61,792 bases of DNA from Candidatus Woesearchaeota archaeon (GTDB lineage Archaea > Nanobdellota > Nanobdellia > Woesearchaeales > GW2011-AR9), in NCBI GenBank assembly GCA_023265685.1, contig JAHFSP010000005.1, positions 1 to 61,792 of the forward strand. The letters are read 5' to 3'. Below the pieces are notes generated by a model that ran no database searches, had not been told where the DNA came from, and was given only the letters and a program-made list of their open reading frames with translations. Each line of letters begins with the position of its first letter. The first letter of the stretch is position 1. This document shows positions 9,454 through 19,790 of this stretch, one piece after another. The position numbers were made by a program, and so were the translations under genes.

Positions 9454-11187
9454 CTACATTGTCTCAGGTCGTCTTAGTACAGACACAATAACTAACACAA
9501 TGAGAGAAACTACTAAAATTAATGCCAAATACCATAATATCCCAGTAACGCTAGACCCAACCACTCCGTGAAATAAATTCTCTTCCAAAACTTCAATCGT
9601 GGATGAGATGGGAAGAATCTGTGAGACCGTACTCATAGGAAAGATGATTTTTTCAGCAGGAACGAAAATGCCTCCTAAAAGGATGTTAATTAAAATAAAA
9701 AAGACGCATGCCAAAAGAGAAGACGCTTTATCTGAGATAAAGTATCCAATAATCAAACCAAATACACAATAAACACTAATCATCAAAAACAAAGCAAACA
9801 TAACCGGCATCAAACTCCAAGCACCAAATGAAAACGAAAGGTGAGCTATAACCAAAAACAACAACGATTCAAGAAGAGTAATAAACACAGCAGTCAACAG
9901 CAACGACCCAATAAACAGAACCGTATTACCACGAAAACGCATTAATCTATTACGCAAGTACGCTTTACCATGTACTTCCTCTTGAAACAAAATATTAGAC
10001 AGAATAATAGAAACAAACATCGCAAGCATTGCCAGAATCGTAGGAACTTTGTATTTAATATCACCTTGTCGTGGAGACACTTGACCTGGTTGATCAACGG
10101 AATAAATATCAGCTTGTTTAAAGCCAACTAAATCATCAACATTCCGATTTCCAATTTTACTAAATTTTGCCTGCTCTTCATCCAAATGAGTAAGAAGATC
10201 GCTCACCTCCTCTTGTCGATCTTGAATCGTTACTCGAGCCTGAACGATTTCATCACTCGTCTTAGCCAGAGCTTTATCAGCATTCACCAATGATTCACGA
10301 GCAGAATCAATGTTAGCAATTCCTGCAGCAAGATCAGTTTGAGCAGAACGTAGATCGCCGTCTGCTTGTAACAGCGTAAGATCAGCAGAGTCAATTTGAG
10401 CAATAGCTTGGGCTATAGCCACCTTAACTGCCGCATTCTGTCCAGCTTGATTTTGCAACCATACTAATTGATTTCGTGTTCCTGCCAAATTCGCCCGAGT
10501 CAACGCAATATTATTCAGATAAGGATTTTGAATGCTCCCGTTATAATACACCAATCGTTCTCGTGTCTGTGCAAGTTGTACCAACTGAGTTGAAATATTT
10601 GCCCGAGCAGAGACAATTTGATCTTGAGCAGTAACTAACGAAGCATCAGCATTACTCAAATCTCCTTGAAGTTTCTTACCTAAATTTTTACTTTGTTCAA
10701 AGAAATAATTAGCACTACGAATATCATCTAAAACTTCTCCCGTTTGTGAACGAATCCGCTGCTCTTCAAGCAACGCCAAATTGTGACGAATATCTGCAAT
10801 TAAAATAATTCCTACCTCCTCACGAGCGGGATCATAAAACATCTCGACCCCCTTATCTGAATGGTAAACACATAAATGAACTTTCTCAGCTTTTAGTTTT
10901 TCATAACAATCAGAAAGGCTGCCCATCTTAATGACTGACCATGAAGAAGGAAAGAGACTATTTTCACTAACAACCGAACTCTTACCTATAATCACACTAT
11001 TACCCCCCGAACTAGGAGCTAGTGCATCCTCAACATACCCTACTTGAACTCCATGAAGATCATTAGAGTATGCAATAACCAAAATCATCAACAACAGAAA
11101 AGGGCCAATAAATATTACACTCAACGTCGTCCAATTTCGCAGAAGATTTCGCGCATTCTTCTGTAATGATGCCAAAAATCTACGCAT
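9454..11187 (-). CDS. ABC-2 type permease with long extracellular coiled coil (YhgE/Pip-like)
   Basis: N-terminal TM, heptad-rich central region, 5-6 C-terminal TMs with LGGIFVP..ILP; overlaps the ABC ATPase gene. Confidence 0.8.
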   Translation of the reverse strand: MRRFLASLQKNARNLLRNWTTLSVIFIGPFLLLMILVIAYSNDLHGVQVGYVEDALAPSSGGNSVIIGKSSVVSENSLFPSSWSVIKMGSLSDCYEKLKAEKVHLCVYHSDKGVEMFYDPAREEVGIILIADIRHNLALLEEQRIRSQTGEVLDDIRSANYFFEQSKNLGKKLQGDLSNADASLVTAQDQIVSARANISTQLVQLAQTRERLVYYNGSIQNPYLNNIALTRANLAGTRNQLVWLQNQAGQNAAVKVAIAQAIAQIDSADLTLLQADGDLRSAQTDLAAGIANIDSARESLVNADKALAKTSDEIVQARVTIQDRQEEVSDLLTHLDEEQAKFSKIGNRNVDDLVGFKQADIYSVDQPGQVSPRQGDIKYKVPTILAMLAMFVSIILSNILFQEEVHGKAYLRNRLMRFRGNTVLFIGSLLLTAVFITLLESLLFLVIAHLSFSFGAWSLMPVMFALFLMISVYCVFGLIIGYFISDKASSLLACVFFILINILLGGIFVPAEKIIFPMSTVSQILPISSTIEVLEENLFHGVVGSSVTGILWYLALILVVSLIVLVIVSVLRRPETM

Positions 11188-11941
11188 TGACTAAACTCCG
11201 GAAAAGCTGTTCCAAATTAGCTGTTTTTAACGTATTAATCTTCTCCTGTAACATTGAAGAACTCAAAATCTCTTTATTATGAATAAATAAAATTGAAGAG
11301 CAATACTGTTGTACTTCTGGTAAATCATGACTTGAAACCAGTATCGTTGTCCCCTTGCGATTAATATCAGCAATCAACTCCCAAATTTGCTTCTTAGTAA
11401 TTACATCAAGTCCAGTTGTTGGCTCATCTACAATCAAAAAATCAGGGTCTGCAAGCAACGCCAACGCCAAATCCAGACGTCGCTTCATTCCACCAGACAA
11501 TCTTCCTGCCGCAGTCAACACTGCACGAGAAAGTCCTACCAACGACAAAAGTTCATGAAGCTTAGACGAAATCATCTTTCGTGACAAACCCGCCATCGTA
11601 CCAAAATACTCAAAATTTTCTTTCACAGTCAACAAAGGATAAAAAGAATAATCCTGGCTGGCAAACCCACTACGATGTGTAAACGTTGAATCCTTAAAGA
11701 GAATCATTCCTTCATCAGGTTGAATAAACTCAAGCAACAATTTGAATAATGTTGTTTTACCAGACCCACTTGGTCCAATTAAACCTACTAATTCCCCACG
11801 ATGAAGACTAAAATTAATATGGTTTAATACTGTTGATTTACCATACTTTTTAGAAACATTTTCAAAATGAACGATAGCATCTTTAGGAGAGTTCTGTGCT
11901 TCTCTGAATTTCTGGACTTGTTTAACGCGAACCTTTACCAC
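11180..11941 (-). CDS. ABC transporter ATP-binding protein
   Basis: GPSGSGKT, LSGGMKRR, LIVDEPTTGLD, SSH. Confidence 0.95.
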   Translation of the reverse strand: MVKVRVKQVQKFREAQNSPKDAIVHFENVSKKYGKSTVLNHINFSLHRGELVGLIGPSGSGKTTLFKLLLEFIQPDEGMILFKDSTFTHRSGFASQDYSFYPLLTVKENFEYFGTMAGLSRKMISSKLHELLSLVGLSRAVLTAAGRLSGGMKRRLDLALALLADPDFLIVDEPTTGLDVITKKQIWELIADINRKGTTILVSSHDLPEVQQYCSSILFIHNKEILSSSMLQEKINTLKTANLEQLFRSLVNA

Positions 11942-12212
11942 ACGAGCAAAAATAGGTTTAACTTTATATCCTTTGTGATAAGTATTGCAACAGACATATC
12001 AAAGAAGTGTAATCACAAGTTAAGGCTATTTTCGATTTTTCTTAGGTTGAATGGAAGGTTGAATAGAAAATGCTTTGATCTGATAATTTGATCTGACTAA
12101 TACTCTTCAAATCTGAAAAGAAACGGAAGCCAAAAAACATAGACCGTTCTTAAATTGCATAAACCTAAACCCTATCAGAACATTTAAATAAAAAATGATC
12201 CCCAGATTGATA

Positions 12213-13409
12213 ATGGACAGTGAAAAAGGTGTAGCAAAATTTAATGAAAGACTGGAAACATTACCCAATATTGATAAAGTAGCAGTAGCAAGAATCTATG
12301 ACATTTCCTCTGGACACTTGTTAACAGTTGTCCCAAACTTACCAGGCAAATCTGGTTCACTAAAGATCTTCTATGCAACACATGAAGAAGGAATCATTAA
12401 TCCACAAAGAGCATTAGATCTATTTGGAGATGAATTCATAGTAGAAGCAGTGGGAGATCAACACCCTAATATTCAATTGGTACAACAAGCACTTCTAGAC
12501 AAAAGAAGGTTACGTTTAGAAACAATAACTACTCAAAGTACAGGATTACTTTATGCGATTGTTAATGGCAGCGCAACCCCAGAAGAAAAATTTGAAGGAG
12601 TTCAATTGTTACAATCAGGTAGTCTTAGAACTGCGGAAAAAACATACGGTAAAACGGGAGATAAACCAATGTGGGAACCACAACAATACTCAATTGCCAC
12701 TTTAAATTGTGCTTTTGGATTATTTGCGATGGGTACCTTTCCGGAAAACCCGCAGTATGTAGATAAAATACCTTTATGGACTCAAAAAGTAACATTAAGA
12801 GAAGGCGTTCATTCTCCATTTATGACCGAACAAGAGTTAATTGCAACCGGAATTAGATTAATCCCTGGCTCATTTGTAAGAATGGGTGCATATGTAGGGA
12901 AAGGAACAACAGTTATGCCCGGTGGAATTGTCAATATTGGAGCATATGTCACCGGTGAAGGAGTTATGATTGACGGTGGAGCACGAGTCGCTTCAGGAGC
13001 CCAAGTTGGAAAAGGAGTGAAAATTGGTGCAGGAACAGGACTAGAAGGAGTTTTAGAACCTGCAGGAATGATCCCCACCATTGTTGAGGACTATGTACGC
13101 ATCGGTGCCAATTGTGAAGTAACCGGTATTATCGGAGAACGAGCATTAATCGCGAGTGGTGTGGTCATGGCAGCAGGAAAAAAGATATTTGACCTAAGAA
13201 CCAATGAATTTGTTGAGCCACTATATGTTAATACCGCAAATGGAATCAGAGCAATTCCTCACATTCCTACAAACAGAATCGCTGTTGGAGGAAGTTATGT
13301 CCCAGAGGGTTCAAAAGTCGGAAAAAATGTAGTACTCTTGCTTGAGAAAGATGCGAGTGATAGTTCATTTATGGGTGTCCAAAAAAACATCACTCTTTAT
13401 CAGAGATAA
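12213..13409 (+). CDS. dapD: DapD-like hexapeptide acyltransferase with N-terminal DUF2322-like domain
   Basis: C-terminal YVDKIPL, RLIPGSFVRMGAYVG, VNIGAYV, SGAQVGKGV, GVLEP, IVEDYVRIGA; N-terminal LETLP..PGKSGSL..HPNI. Start at ATG 12213 lies about 25 nt after TTTAAATA. Confidence 0.8.
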   Translation: MDSEKGVAKFNERLETLPNIDKVAVARIYDISSGHLLTVVPNLPGKSGSLKIFYATHEEGIINPQRALDLFGDEFIVEAVGDQHPNIQLVQQALLDKRRLRLETITTQSTGLLYAIVNGSATPEEKFEGVQLLQSGSLRTAEKTYGKTGDKPMWEPQQYSIATLNCAFGLFAMGTFPENPQYVDKIPLWTQKVTLREGVHSPFMTEQELIATGIRLIPGSFVRMGAYVGKGTTVMPGGIVNIGAYVTGEGVMIDGGARVASGAQVGKGVKIGAGTGLEGVLEPAGMIPTIVEDYVRIGANCEVTGIIGERALIASGVVMAAGKKIFDLRTNEFVEPLYVNTANGIRAIPHIPTNRIAVGGSYVPEGSKVGKNVVLLLEKDASDSSFMGVQKNITLYQR

Positions 13410-13459
13410 TTTTTTTTGAAACAATAATCTTCTAGATATTAGTTGAGAAAAACAAGTAC

Positions 13460-13756
13460 CTACAACCCAAACGCATCCGTAAACTCACGCATACGACGAA
13501 ACTCAGCTAAGAAATTAAGACCTTTATCAGTAATAACGACAGTTTTGAGGGGTTTTTCACGTTTACGCGCCAGCTCTTCAGTAATCTGAATCAACTCTTT
13601 CTCAACGAGCTCATCAAGATACGAATTAAGTAGTTTATGAGATAGATTTGACTTATACATCAAATGAGTCGGTTTAATTCTACCGCCTTTATTCTGAATA
13701 GCCACAAGGATATCTGAGACCAATTCCAACCGAGAACGTCGACCTGTCATCTTCAT
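13460..13756 (-). CDS. Archaeal winged-helix transcription regulator (HTH_45 type)
   Basis: RRSRLELVSDIL...KPTHLMYKSNLS...ITDKGLNFL; ATGA overlap with the upstream membrane gene. Confidence 0.88.
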   Translation of the reverse strand: MKMTGRRSRLELVSDILVAIQNKGGRIKPTHLMYKSNLSHKLLNSYLDELVEKELIQITEELARKREKPLKTVVITDKGLNFLAEFRRMREFTDAFGL

Positions 13757-14463
13757 CGCCTCGTCACAGCATGATATGTATACAGTAAACTCAGAAATCC
13801 TAAGAGGATCAAAAACTCACCCAGAACATAGACCGTAGGAACGAGGAAAACAAAAGTCAAAATAATATTTCCCAACAACATCAAAAAGAATGATGCTGTG
13901 ACCATCCATGCATTACGGCTTCGGCCACGCTGGGTATAATTCTTATAATAATGTAAAACGATCAAACCAAGTAATACAGTACAGGTAAGAAAGAAAACCT
14001 CATAGCGAAAATTACTGACAATAGCAATCAGCGTTACCAGATAAATAAAAAGACCAATCTGCGTCAATTCATGAAATGTATGAAGACGATCTCTCGATTT
14101 CTGCGAAGTAAAGAAGATTAATAGCCATCCACCAAGCATCGTGACCATCTGGAAAAAGAACGCAAAGCGATACAAAAGATGAGAAAACACCAGACTTGGT
14201 CCTGCGAGCGGCGCCAGAACTACTGCCGTCACATCACGTAATGGACGATACGCCAGAACACTTCCTGTAAGAATTTTACTTGCAAAACTCAAAGCAATAA
14301 GCACAAACGCGACAGAAAAATAAGCAAACTTATTCTCCATACGCTGCATACTATACAATCGCCAGCTATACGCCGCAATAAGTAACGCAACAACAAAGCC
14401 AATTGAGGAAAACAACAAGTCCCAAACAGCAAACCAATCAGGTGTGGAAAAGAGTTGAAACAT
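13753..14463 (-). CDS. Multi-pass (about 7 TM) membrane protein
   Basis: About seven hydrophobic segments; translationally coupled to the wHTH gene. Confidence 0.75.
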   Translation of the reverse strand: MFQLFSTPDWFAVWDLLFSSIGFVVALLIAAYSWRLYSMQRMENKFAYFSVAFVLIALSFASKILTGSVLAYRPLRDVTAVVLAPLAGPSLVFSHLLYRFAFFFQMVTMLGGWLLIFFTSQKSRDRLHTFHELTQIGLFIYLVTLIAIVSNFRYEVFFLTCTVLLGLIVLHYYKNYTQRGRSRNAWMVTASFFLMLLGNIILTFVFLVPTVYVLGEFLILLGFLSLLYTYHAVTRR

Positions 14464-14719
14464 AGTGATCACGATAGGATGCGAAAAAAGAGTACTTTTC
14501 CCCTTTAACCGTCCGTTTATTATTAGTTAATTTTAGTGTATTAGCTTATTATAAGACAAATGAACCCTTATTCTATACTTTTCTTCGCTATACCCTTCTT
14601 TGTATACTCTCTCAGGGAGCAGATTTGTCTTACTAACCAGTAACAAAAACAGAGGGCAGTTTAAAAACCTTGTGGAGAAAAAGCATGGGCGTAGTATCCG
14701 GATATTATTGCATGGGTAC

Positions 14720-16888
14720 CTATTCTAACGGCACACCGCTCCACAGCGTCCAATCCTCTGAAGGAGAATACCCACCAAATGTAAAATACGGAGGAGCATT
14801 CTGCCCAAACCAGCCATACCCAACATCTTCCCAACTTCGACCACGACCACCGCCCCGTCCTGCCATACCTCGGCCATACACCGGCATCCCAAAATGTCGC
14901 CACGTCTTCATAACAGAATTAAACCCAGAAGCATCAGTCGTATAATCCGCACCCGGCTCAATAATTATCTCGCCTTTGTAACCCCTCTCTTTCAACACCT
15001 TGATCATCTCACGAATCGGCGTGTTTCCTTCACCCGGAGCAAGATGATCATCATGATATCCATAATTGTCATCAATATGTACGTGGCCAATAAACGGTGC
15101 CATATTTTTAACCTTCTCAATCATCCACGAATCAAACTCTTTATCATTTGTCGCCAGAGATTTATTTGGATCGCCCTTCCAGTACTTACGCCACATATTA
15201 ATATGACCAGTATCAAATGTGATCGTGATATGCTGTTCAGCCCGCCTACGCGCCTCTTCATCACCAATCCTATTCTCTCTTTTAAGTAAATCCACCATTG
15301 CCTCCCGACTCTTCTGAACCAGATGCACTAACTCATCAGGATGTGACCCATACTGTTCCGGAAATAAATTCTCCATTGCCACCTGTAACGGCTTTTTCAA
15401 CTGACCTTGTTGAGCCAATTTATCCGTTTGCTTCATCGCTGTGAGTGCCAAACGCGCATACGAATCACACGCCTCCCTGAACGCATAGGCATCAGCACTC
15501 TGAACATGGCGAATTGTCTCAATAGCCTCTTCAGCCTGTGCCCATTGTGATGCACTCGCTTCACGAGCTTGCTTCATACGTGATTCATGATTTCTAATTT
15601 CTTCTTTAATTATCTGCGTAGGTAATTTCGACTCAGGAGGAATAAGATTAGTAGGCAAACGTAGAGTATTAATCTCTTGTTTAAGTCTCCATTTTTCATC
15701 ATCAGAAGTAGCATCTTCGAGCTTTTGATAAAACTCATATGCTTTACGTAATTTTTTAATCGCATCAACGGAGTCATCGAACCCCTGTCCATACTGATAC
15801 GACCATCCCCGAGCATTTGCCGCATTGGTTTCAAATGTCTCAATAATGTACGCCTCTTCCGGCTTAACATCAATCTCACTAAGTTTGTGTTCTTTAAACC
15901 GATACCAATACGATTTCTTAAGCTCCTGTTCCGTAATTTTTCCATCTTTAAAATCACGAAGTGTATCTTGTGCTCGTTGTGTCATTCGTTTCGCTTCTTT
16001 TTCTAAATCTGTCCAATCTAACTGTCGAACGACAAAATTCTGTTCCTTTTTATCATACTTTGGAACTCGTACCTCCGGCCTAACACGTTCACCAAAATAA
16101 TCAACATAAACCGGCCGTCCATTTTCATCAAGAGGAATCTTATCTGGATCAAACCGAGCAACTTTATGTTGTGTACCGTCGTAATCCTTGTAAACAAATC
16201 CCTCTTCCTCTGTAGGGGTATTCCATACCGGCCTTGCTACTTTTTTATTTTTTCTTGCTTCTTGAATCGTCGCACCTGTACGAATATCCACTACTCGATA
16301 CGATGCTCGCTCTGCTTCTTCAGGATGAATTTCAAATTTTCCTGCCCATTGTTTATCCTCTTTGTTCCACAACGCATCAGCAATAGGACGAGAAAACTCA
16401 CCAGTATGAACTACCACGGGCCCACCTTTAGCAACATCTGCTGCAAACTCAATTGCCCGTTTAACTTCATTAATGGAATGTGTTTTGCTTTGTTTAGAAA
16501 AATTACCCTGTTGATCCATTCCTGCAAGACCATAAACTCCAATCGTTGAGTGTGTAGTAAAATCAACTTGATTTACCTTTGCAATCTCCACGAGTGCCTG
16601 ACGTTGCTTAAGACCATACATTTCCGGTGTCTGTCCCTGACCAGACCCTTTTCCACTTCCCGTAAAAACAAACTCTAATTTTTTTCCTCCTGGACGTAAC
16701 TTTGCGGCAATCGCAGAAACGTTGGGAACTGGACCTAAACCCAAACTCATCCCCATATCTCCAATTCCTACCCCTATATTATCCGTCTGAACAGAATCAT
16801 GTGCATGATCGTGTGCACTAGAATGATGATCATGCTCTCCATAGCCCCGCTCCATAGGACTATAATACCCAGAACCAAACACTACCAT
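14720..16888 (-). CDS. Large xylose isomerase/endonuclease IV-like TIM-barrel metalloprotein with helical insertion
   Basis: TTHS, VVVHTGE, AMENL, FDTGH, HVHIDDN.GYHDDHLAPGEG, IIEPG; upstream GAGGT SD. Confidence 0.8.
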   Translation of the reverse strand: MVVFGSGYYSPMERGYGEHDHHSSAHDHAHDSVQTDNIGVGIGDMGMSLGLGPVPNVSAIAAKLRPGGKKLEFVFTGSGKGSGQGQTPEMYGLKQRQALVEIAKVNQVDFTTHSTIGVYGLAGMDQQGNFSKQSKTHSINEVKRAIEFAADVAKGGPVVVHTGEFSRPIADALWNKEDKQWAGKFEIHPEEAERASYRVVDIRTGATIQEARKNKKVARPVWNTPTEEEGFVYKDYDGTQHKVARFDPDKIPLDENGRPVYVDYFGERVRPEVRVPKYDKKEQNFVVRQLDWTDLEKEAKRMTQRAQDTLRDFKDGKITEQELKKSYWYRFKEHKLSEIDVKPEEAYIIETFETNAANARGWSYQYGQGFDDSVDAIKKLRKAYEFYQKLEDATSDDEKWRLKQEINTLRLPTNLIPPESKLPTQIIKEEIRNHESRMKQAREASASQWAQAEEAIETIRHVQSADAYAFREACDSYARLALTAMKQTDKLAQQGQLKKPLQVAMENLFPEQYGSHPDELVHLVQKSREAMVDLLKRENRIGDEEARRRAEQHITITFDTGHINMWRKYWKGDPNKSLATNDKEFDSWMIEKVKNMAPFIGHVHIDDNYGYHDDHLAPGEGNTPIREMIKVLKERGYKGEIIIEPGADYTTDASGFNSVMKTWRHFGMPVYGRGMAGRGGGRGRSWEDVGYGWFGQNAPPYFTFGGYSPSEDWTLWSGVPLE

Positions 16889-17043
16889 GAATCAACCTCT
16901 AATCTACCTCTTTTAATGTCTAAAAGCACATATGCCTATTTATGTGTTTTGAAAAAAATGAGTGGTAAAAACAGCGCACTCTTTCTATCGTTGACTAAAC
17001 CAAAAGACAAAAAATTTATAGACCAATCTACGATCAAGACACT

Positions 17044-17184
17044 ATGACTAAGAAAGTAACGCAAAACCTATCACAAAATCTATCAAAAGTCACTAACATC
17101 TCACATTTATATGGTGTTCTCAAAGGGTTCCCCATCACCGGACAACAAGTAAAAGATCAATCACGTAAAGTCTGGAATTATTAA
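17044..17184 (+). CDS. Small 46-aa protein (not in ORF track)
   Basis: MTKKVTQNLSQNLSKVTNISHLYGVLKGFPITGQQVKDQSRKVWNY; TTTATA box about 25-30 nt upstream of the ATG; fills an otherwise empty intergenic gap. Confidence 0.55.
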   Translation: MTKKVTQNLSQNLSKVTNISHLYGVLKGFPITGQQVKDQSRKVWNY

Positions 17185-17195
17185 TCTAAATCTAT

Positions 17196-17978
17196 TCAAT
17201 TCCCTTGATAATAATCATGCCCCACAAAACTCGTAGCATGTTTATACACATCACGAATTTTTAAGCCAAGACTCTGCGTCACTAAAGCAGCTTTCGCCAC
17301 ATCCTCGCTAAACGAAGAATATTTCCCTCGATCAATGTCACGTAACTTCTCTTCCATCGCTCCTGCAATATGTTCAGCACGCCGCAGCTCACCCGCAGTT
17401 GCATACCCCTTTTGTAAAACCAATTCACCGATAACTGCCATCTCTCGGTACAAATCAGCAGCAGGAATTTGTTTAAGATGAGATACATATCCCAAGTCAA
17501 ATGGTGCTGGAGCATGCTGATTCTCCAACCAATACTGTGCCATCGCTGGGTGCGGCAAATCTCGCACACTCGAACGTGAAACAGTCTGCTCTAAAGACCC
17601 AGATTCATCTTCATTCTCTTTTTTGGTAGAACTACGCTTAGATTGAATAGAACTAGCATTTGAAGCAGGTTTATAATCTAACTTTGAACTATGAATGTCA
17701 CGTAGTGTTGACAAAAGCTGCTTACCCTCTTCACTTAAGCCAGCCATGTTCTCTTGAGCAACTTGAGGGATAGGTACTTTTTCTTCAAATTTGCGTTTCT
17801 CTGTAATCTCCGTCTCACTTTCCTTGATGAGTTTCTCCATCTCCGCAATCTCTTTCTTCTTCTCACCCTCAAGCTGTTTAAGTCTCCTGATACGATCTTC
17901 AGGCTGTAAAGTTGCTACCGTTTCTTTTGCAGAAACACCTTTTACATCCTTTCCAGTATCCTTCGTATCTTTCGCCAT
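17196..17978 (-). CDS. Hypothetical protein (N-terminal coiled coil)
   Basis: 260-aa ORF with TTTAAA box upstream; charged helical N-terminus. Confidence 0.75.
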   Translation of the reverse strand: MAKDTKDTGKDVKGVSAKETVATLQPEDRIRRLKQLEGEKKKEIAEMEKLIKESETEITEKRKFEEKVPIPQVAQENMAGLSEEGKQLLSTLRDIHSSKLDYKPASNASSIQSKRSSTKKENEDESGSLEQTVSRSSVRDLPHPAMAQYWLENQHAPAPFDLGYVSHLKQIPAADLYREMAVIGELVLQKGYATAGELRRAEHIAGAMEEKLRDIDRGKYSSFSEDVAKAALVTQSLGLKIRDVYKHATSFVGHDYYQGN

Positions 17979-18081
17979 GTATCTAAAGAAAGACTCTCAA
18001 AAATTTAAATGTATAGTAAAATGTAGATGAGATTGAAAACATCGATAGAAAAAAGAGAAGAAAAAAAGAAAATAAAACTAT

Positions 18082-19686
18082 TTACTGACAACCTGGATTC
18101 GAACCTGCACGTACAGGGTTCATAGAACATCCTGCAGCGCCACAATCATGTTGCAAAGTCGTTAGATGGAATTGATCTCCGCACGTTGTTGAAGTCTCAT
18201 TCAAAAATACCGATCCTTCGCAACGTAAATTAGTAGCACTTACATTCATCATACTTGTCGGCTCTGTAGGGATACCTCTCCAAATATCACAACAAGAAGG
18301 AGGTACGTTGCCATCTGGATTACATCCTAAAGAAGCTGAAAGCCAGGAATCACGACAGGTAATCGTATTTGCATTTAATGTATTAAATCCAGCACCAGTA
18401 CAAGTATAAATTGTAAGTTGGTTGTTTTGACAAGAGTTGGTAAACACGCCCAATTGAGTCTCAACAGAAGGCCTATTCCATTCACCAGTATACCGACAGA
18501 ACTGTGCAACACTAGGAACACACTGCCCACCAACTGCACTAAAACCTGCATTACAAGTCACTTCACATTTATGCGCATCTGAACATTGACTAACTGCCCA
18601 ATACGAAAGCGAATGATTAGTAGGAAAAAAATTCTGATCATCGCCTGGACACAATTGACTATTAGCTGGAATTGGACCTACTATATGTGGAAGAACATCA
18701 TTGCATTGACAATCACTTCCAATACCATCCCGATTATTATCACCTTGACCAGGATTAGCAACAGCAGGACAATTATCATTCATCCACGTTCGACCATCTC
18801 CATCAGTATCAGCAACAGCACAATCAGGGATAAAATCATTGTTGGCATCACCTGCAGGGTGAGCAACAGTAGTCAAAACAGCAACGGAACTTTGGAATTC
18901 TGAAATACTTACACGACCGTTACAATCAGCATCCATAAGCCGCATTGCGGAAGGATTATTGCCACATGCTGCCAAAATTGCAGCTCGACCATTCGCTAAA
19001 GGCAAGTTATTAAAAACTGCCATGGCACAAGCACCATCTCCATTTGCAGCACCTTCACTTCGATCAACACGACCATCGTGATTAAGATCCCATTCGATTG
19101 GAAGATCAATAAGAGGAGCAACACATTGTCCATTCTGTAAAATTAATCCAGCATTACACATATACTCACACTTATTTGCACCACACACAGCAACAGCAAC
19201 CCGATCAACATTCGCAACTAATTTTAGATCATCACCAGCACACAACATAGCATTAGCAGGAACCGCACCTTGGCAACGAGGAGCAAAACACACACCATTA
19301 GAACATAATGGCGTAGCAACAGGACATCGACTAAAAGTTTGAACTAATCGACAGGTAGCACCAGAACATGCGGGAGTTGTAGCACCAGCAGCCTGACAAG
19401 TATAGGTAAAGCGAGTATAAACATTTCCTGCCTGACAACCATGAAGATAACCATTCATACGACCACCAACAATTGCCGCAACACCAGTTCCTTGACCGTT
19501 ATCTGTACAACTTAATGAATTTTGGACAACGGGAGCAGGAAGAGGAAGTGTGACCGCATTACCAGCACCCACACCACCAGAATGACCACTAAGAAAAAAC
19601 GCACCAAGCGCAACTACCACAACAGCAATAAGAACATACATCAATTTTTGATGTTTTGAAATAGTACTCTTTTTAGACATAATCAT
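18082..19686 (-). CDS. Secreted/membrane-anchored Cys-rich protein with EF-hand/dockerin-like and thrombospondin type 3-like Ca-binding repeats
   Basis: N-terminal TM; DLNHDGRVD and DADCNGRVS; DTDGDG...DNCPAVANPGQ.D.NRDGIG.DC; two internal PAN..LC.GDD...KCE..CNAG.....GQCV repeats. GGTGA SD suggests a start at 19686 or 19680. Confidence 0.8.
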   Translation of the reverse strand: MIMSKKSTISKHQKLMYVLIAVVVVALGAFFLSGHSGGVGAGNAVTLPLPAPVVQNSLSCTDNGQGTGVAAIVGGRMNGYLHGCQAGNVYTRFTYTCQAAGATTPACSGATCRLVQTFSRCPVATPLCSNGVCFAPRCQGAVPANAMLCAGDDLKLVANVDRVAVAVCGANKCEYMCNAGLILQNGQCVAPLIDLPIEWDLNHDGRVDRSEGAANGDGACAMAVFNNLPLANGRAAILAACGNNPSAMRLMDADCNGRVSISEFQSSVAVLTTVAHPAGDANNDFIPDCAVADTDGDGRTWMNDNCPAVANPGQGDNNRDGIGSDCQCNDVLPHIVGPIPANSQLCPGDDQNFFPTNHSLSYWAVSQCSDAHKCEVTCNAGFSAVGGQCVPSVAQFCRYTGEWNRPSVETQLGVFTNSCQNNQLTIYTCTGAGFNTLNANTITCRDSWLSASLGCNPDGNVPPSCCDIWRGIPTEPTSMMNVSATNLRCEGSVFLNETSTTCGDQFHLTTLQHDCGAAGCSMNPVRAGSNPGCQ

Positions 19687-19790
19687 CACCTTCTTTTTTG
19701 ATATAAGTGTATAATTTAATGATTTATATAGTTTTCGAGAGAGAGAAAGAGAGATGCACAAAAAAACACCCAACAAGTGCATTTAACACC

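Noticed and set aside
13753-14463. 7-TM protein as a rhodopsin or heliorhodopsin
   Set aside because: No retinal-binding Lys motif (DxxxK or SxxxK) in the last helix.
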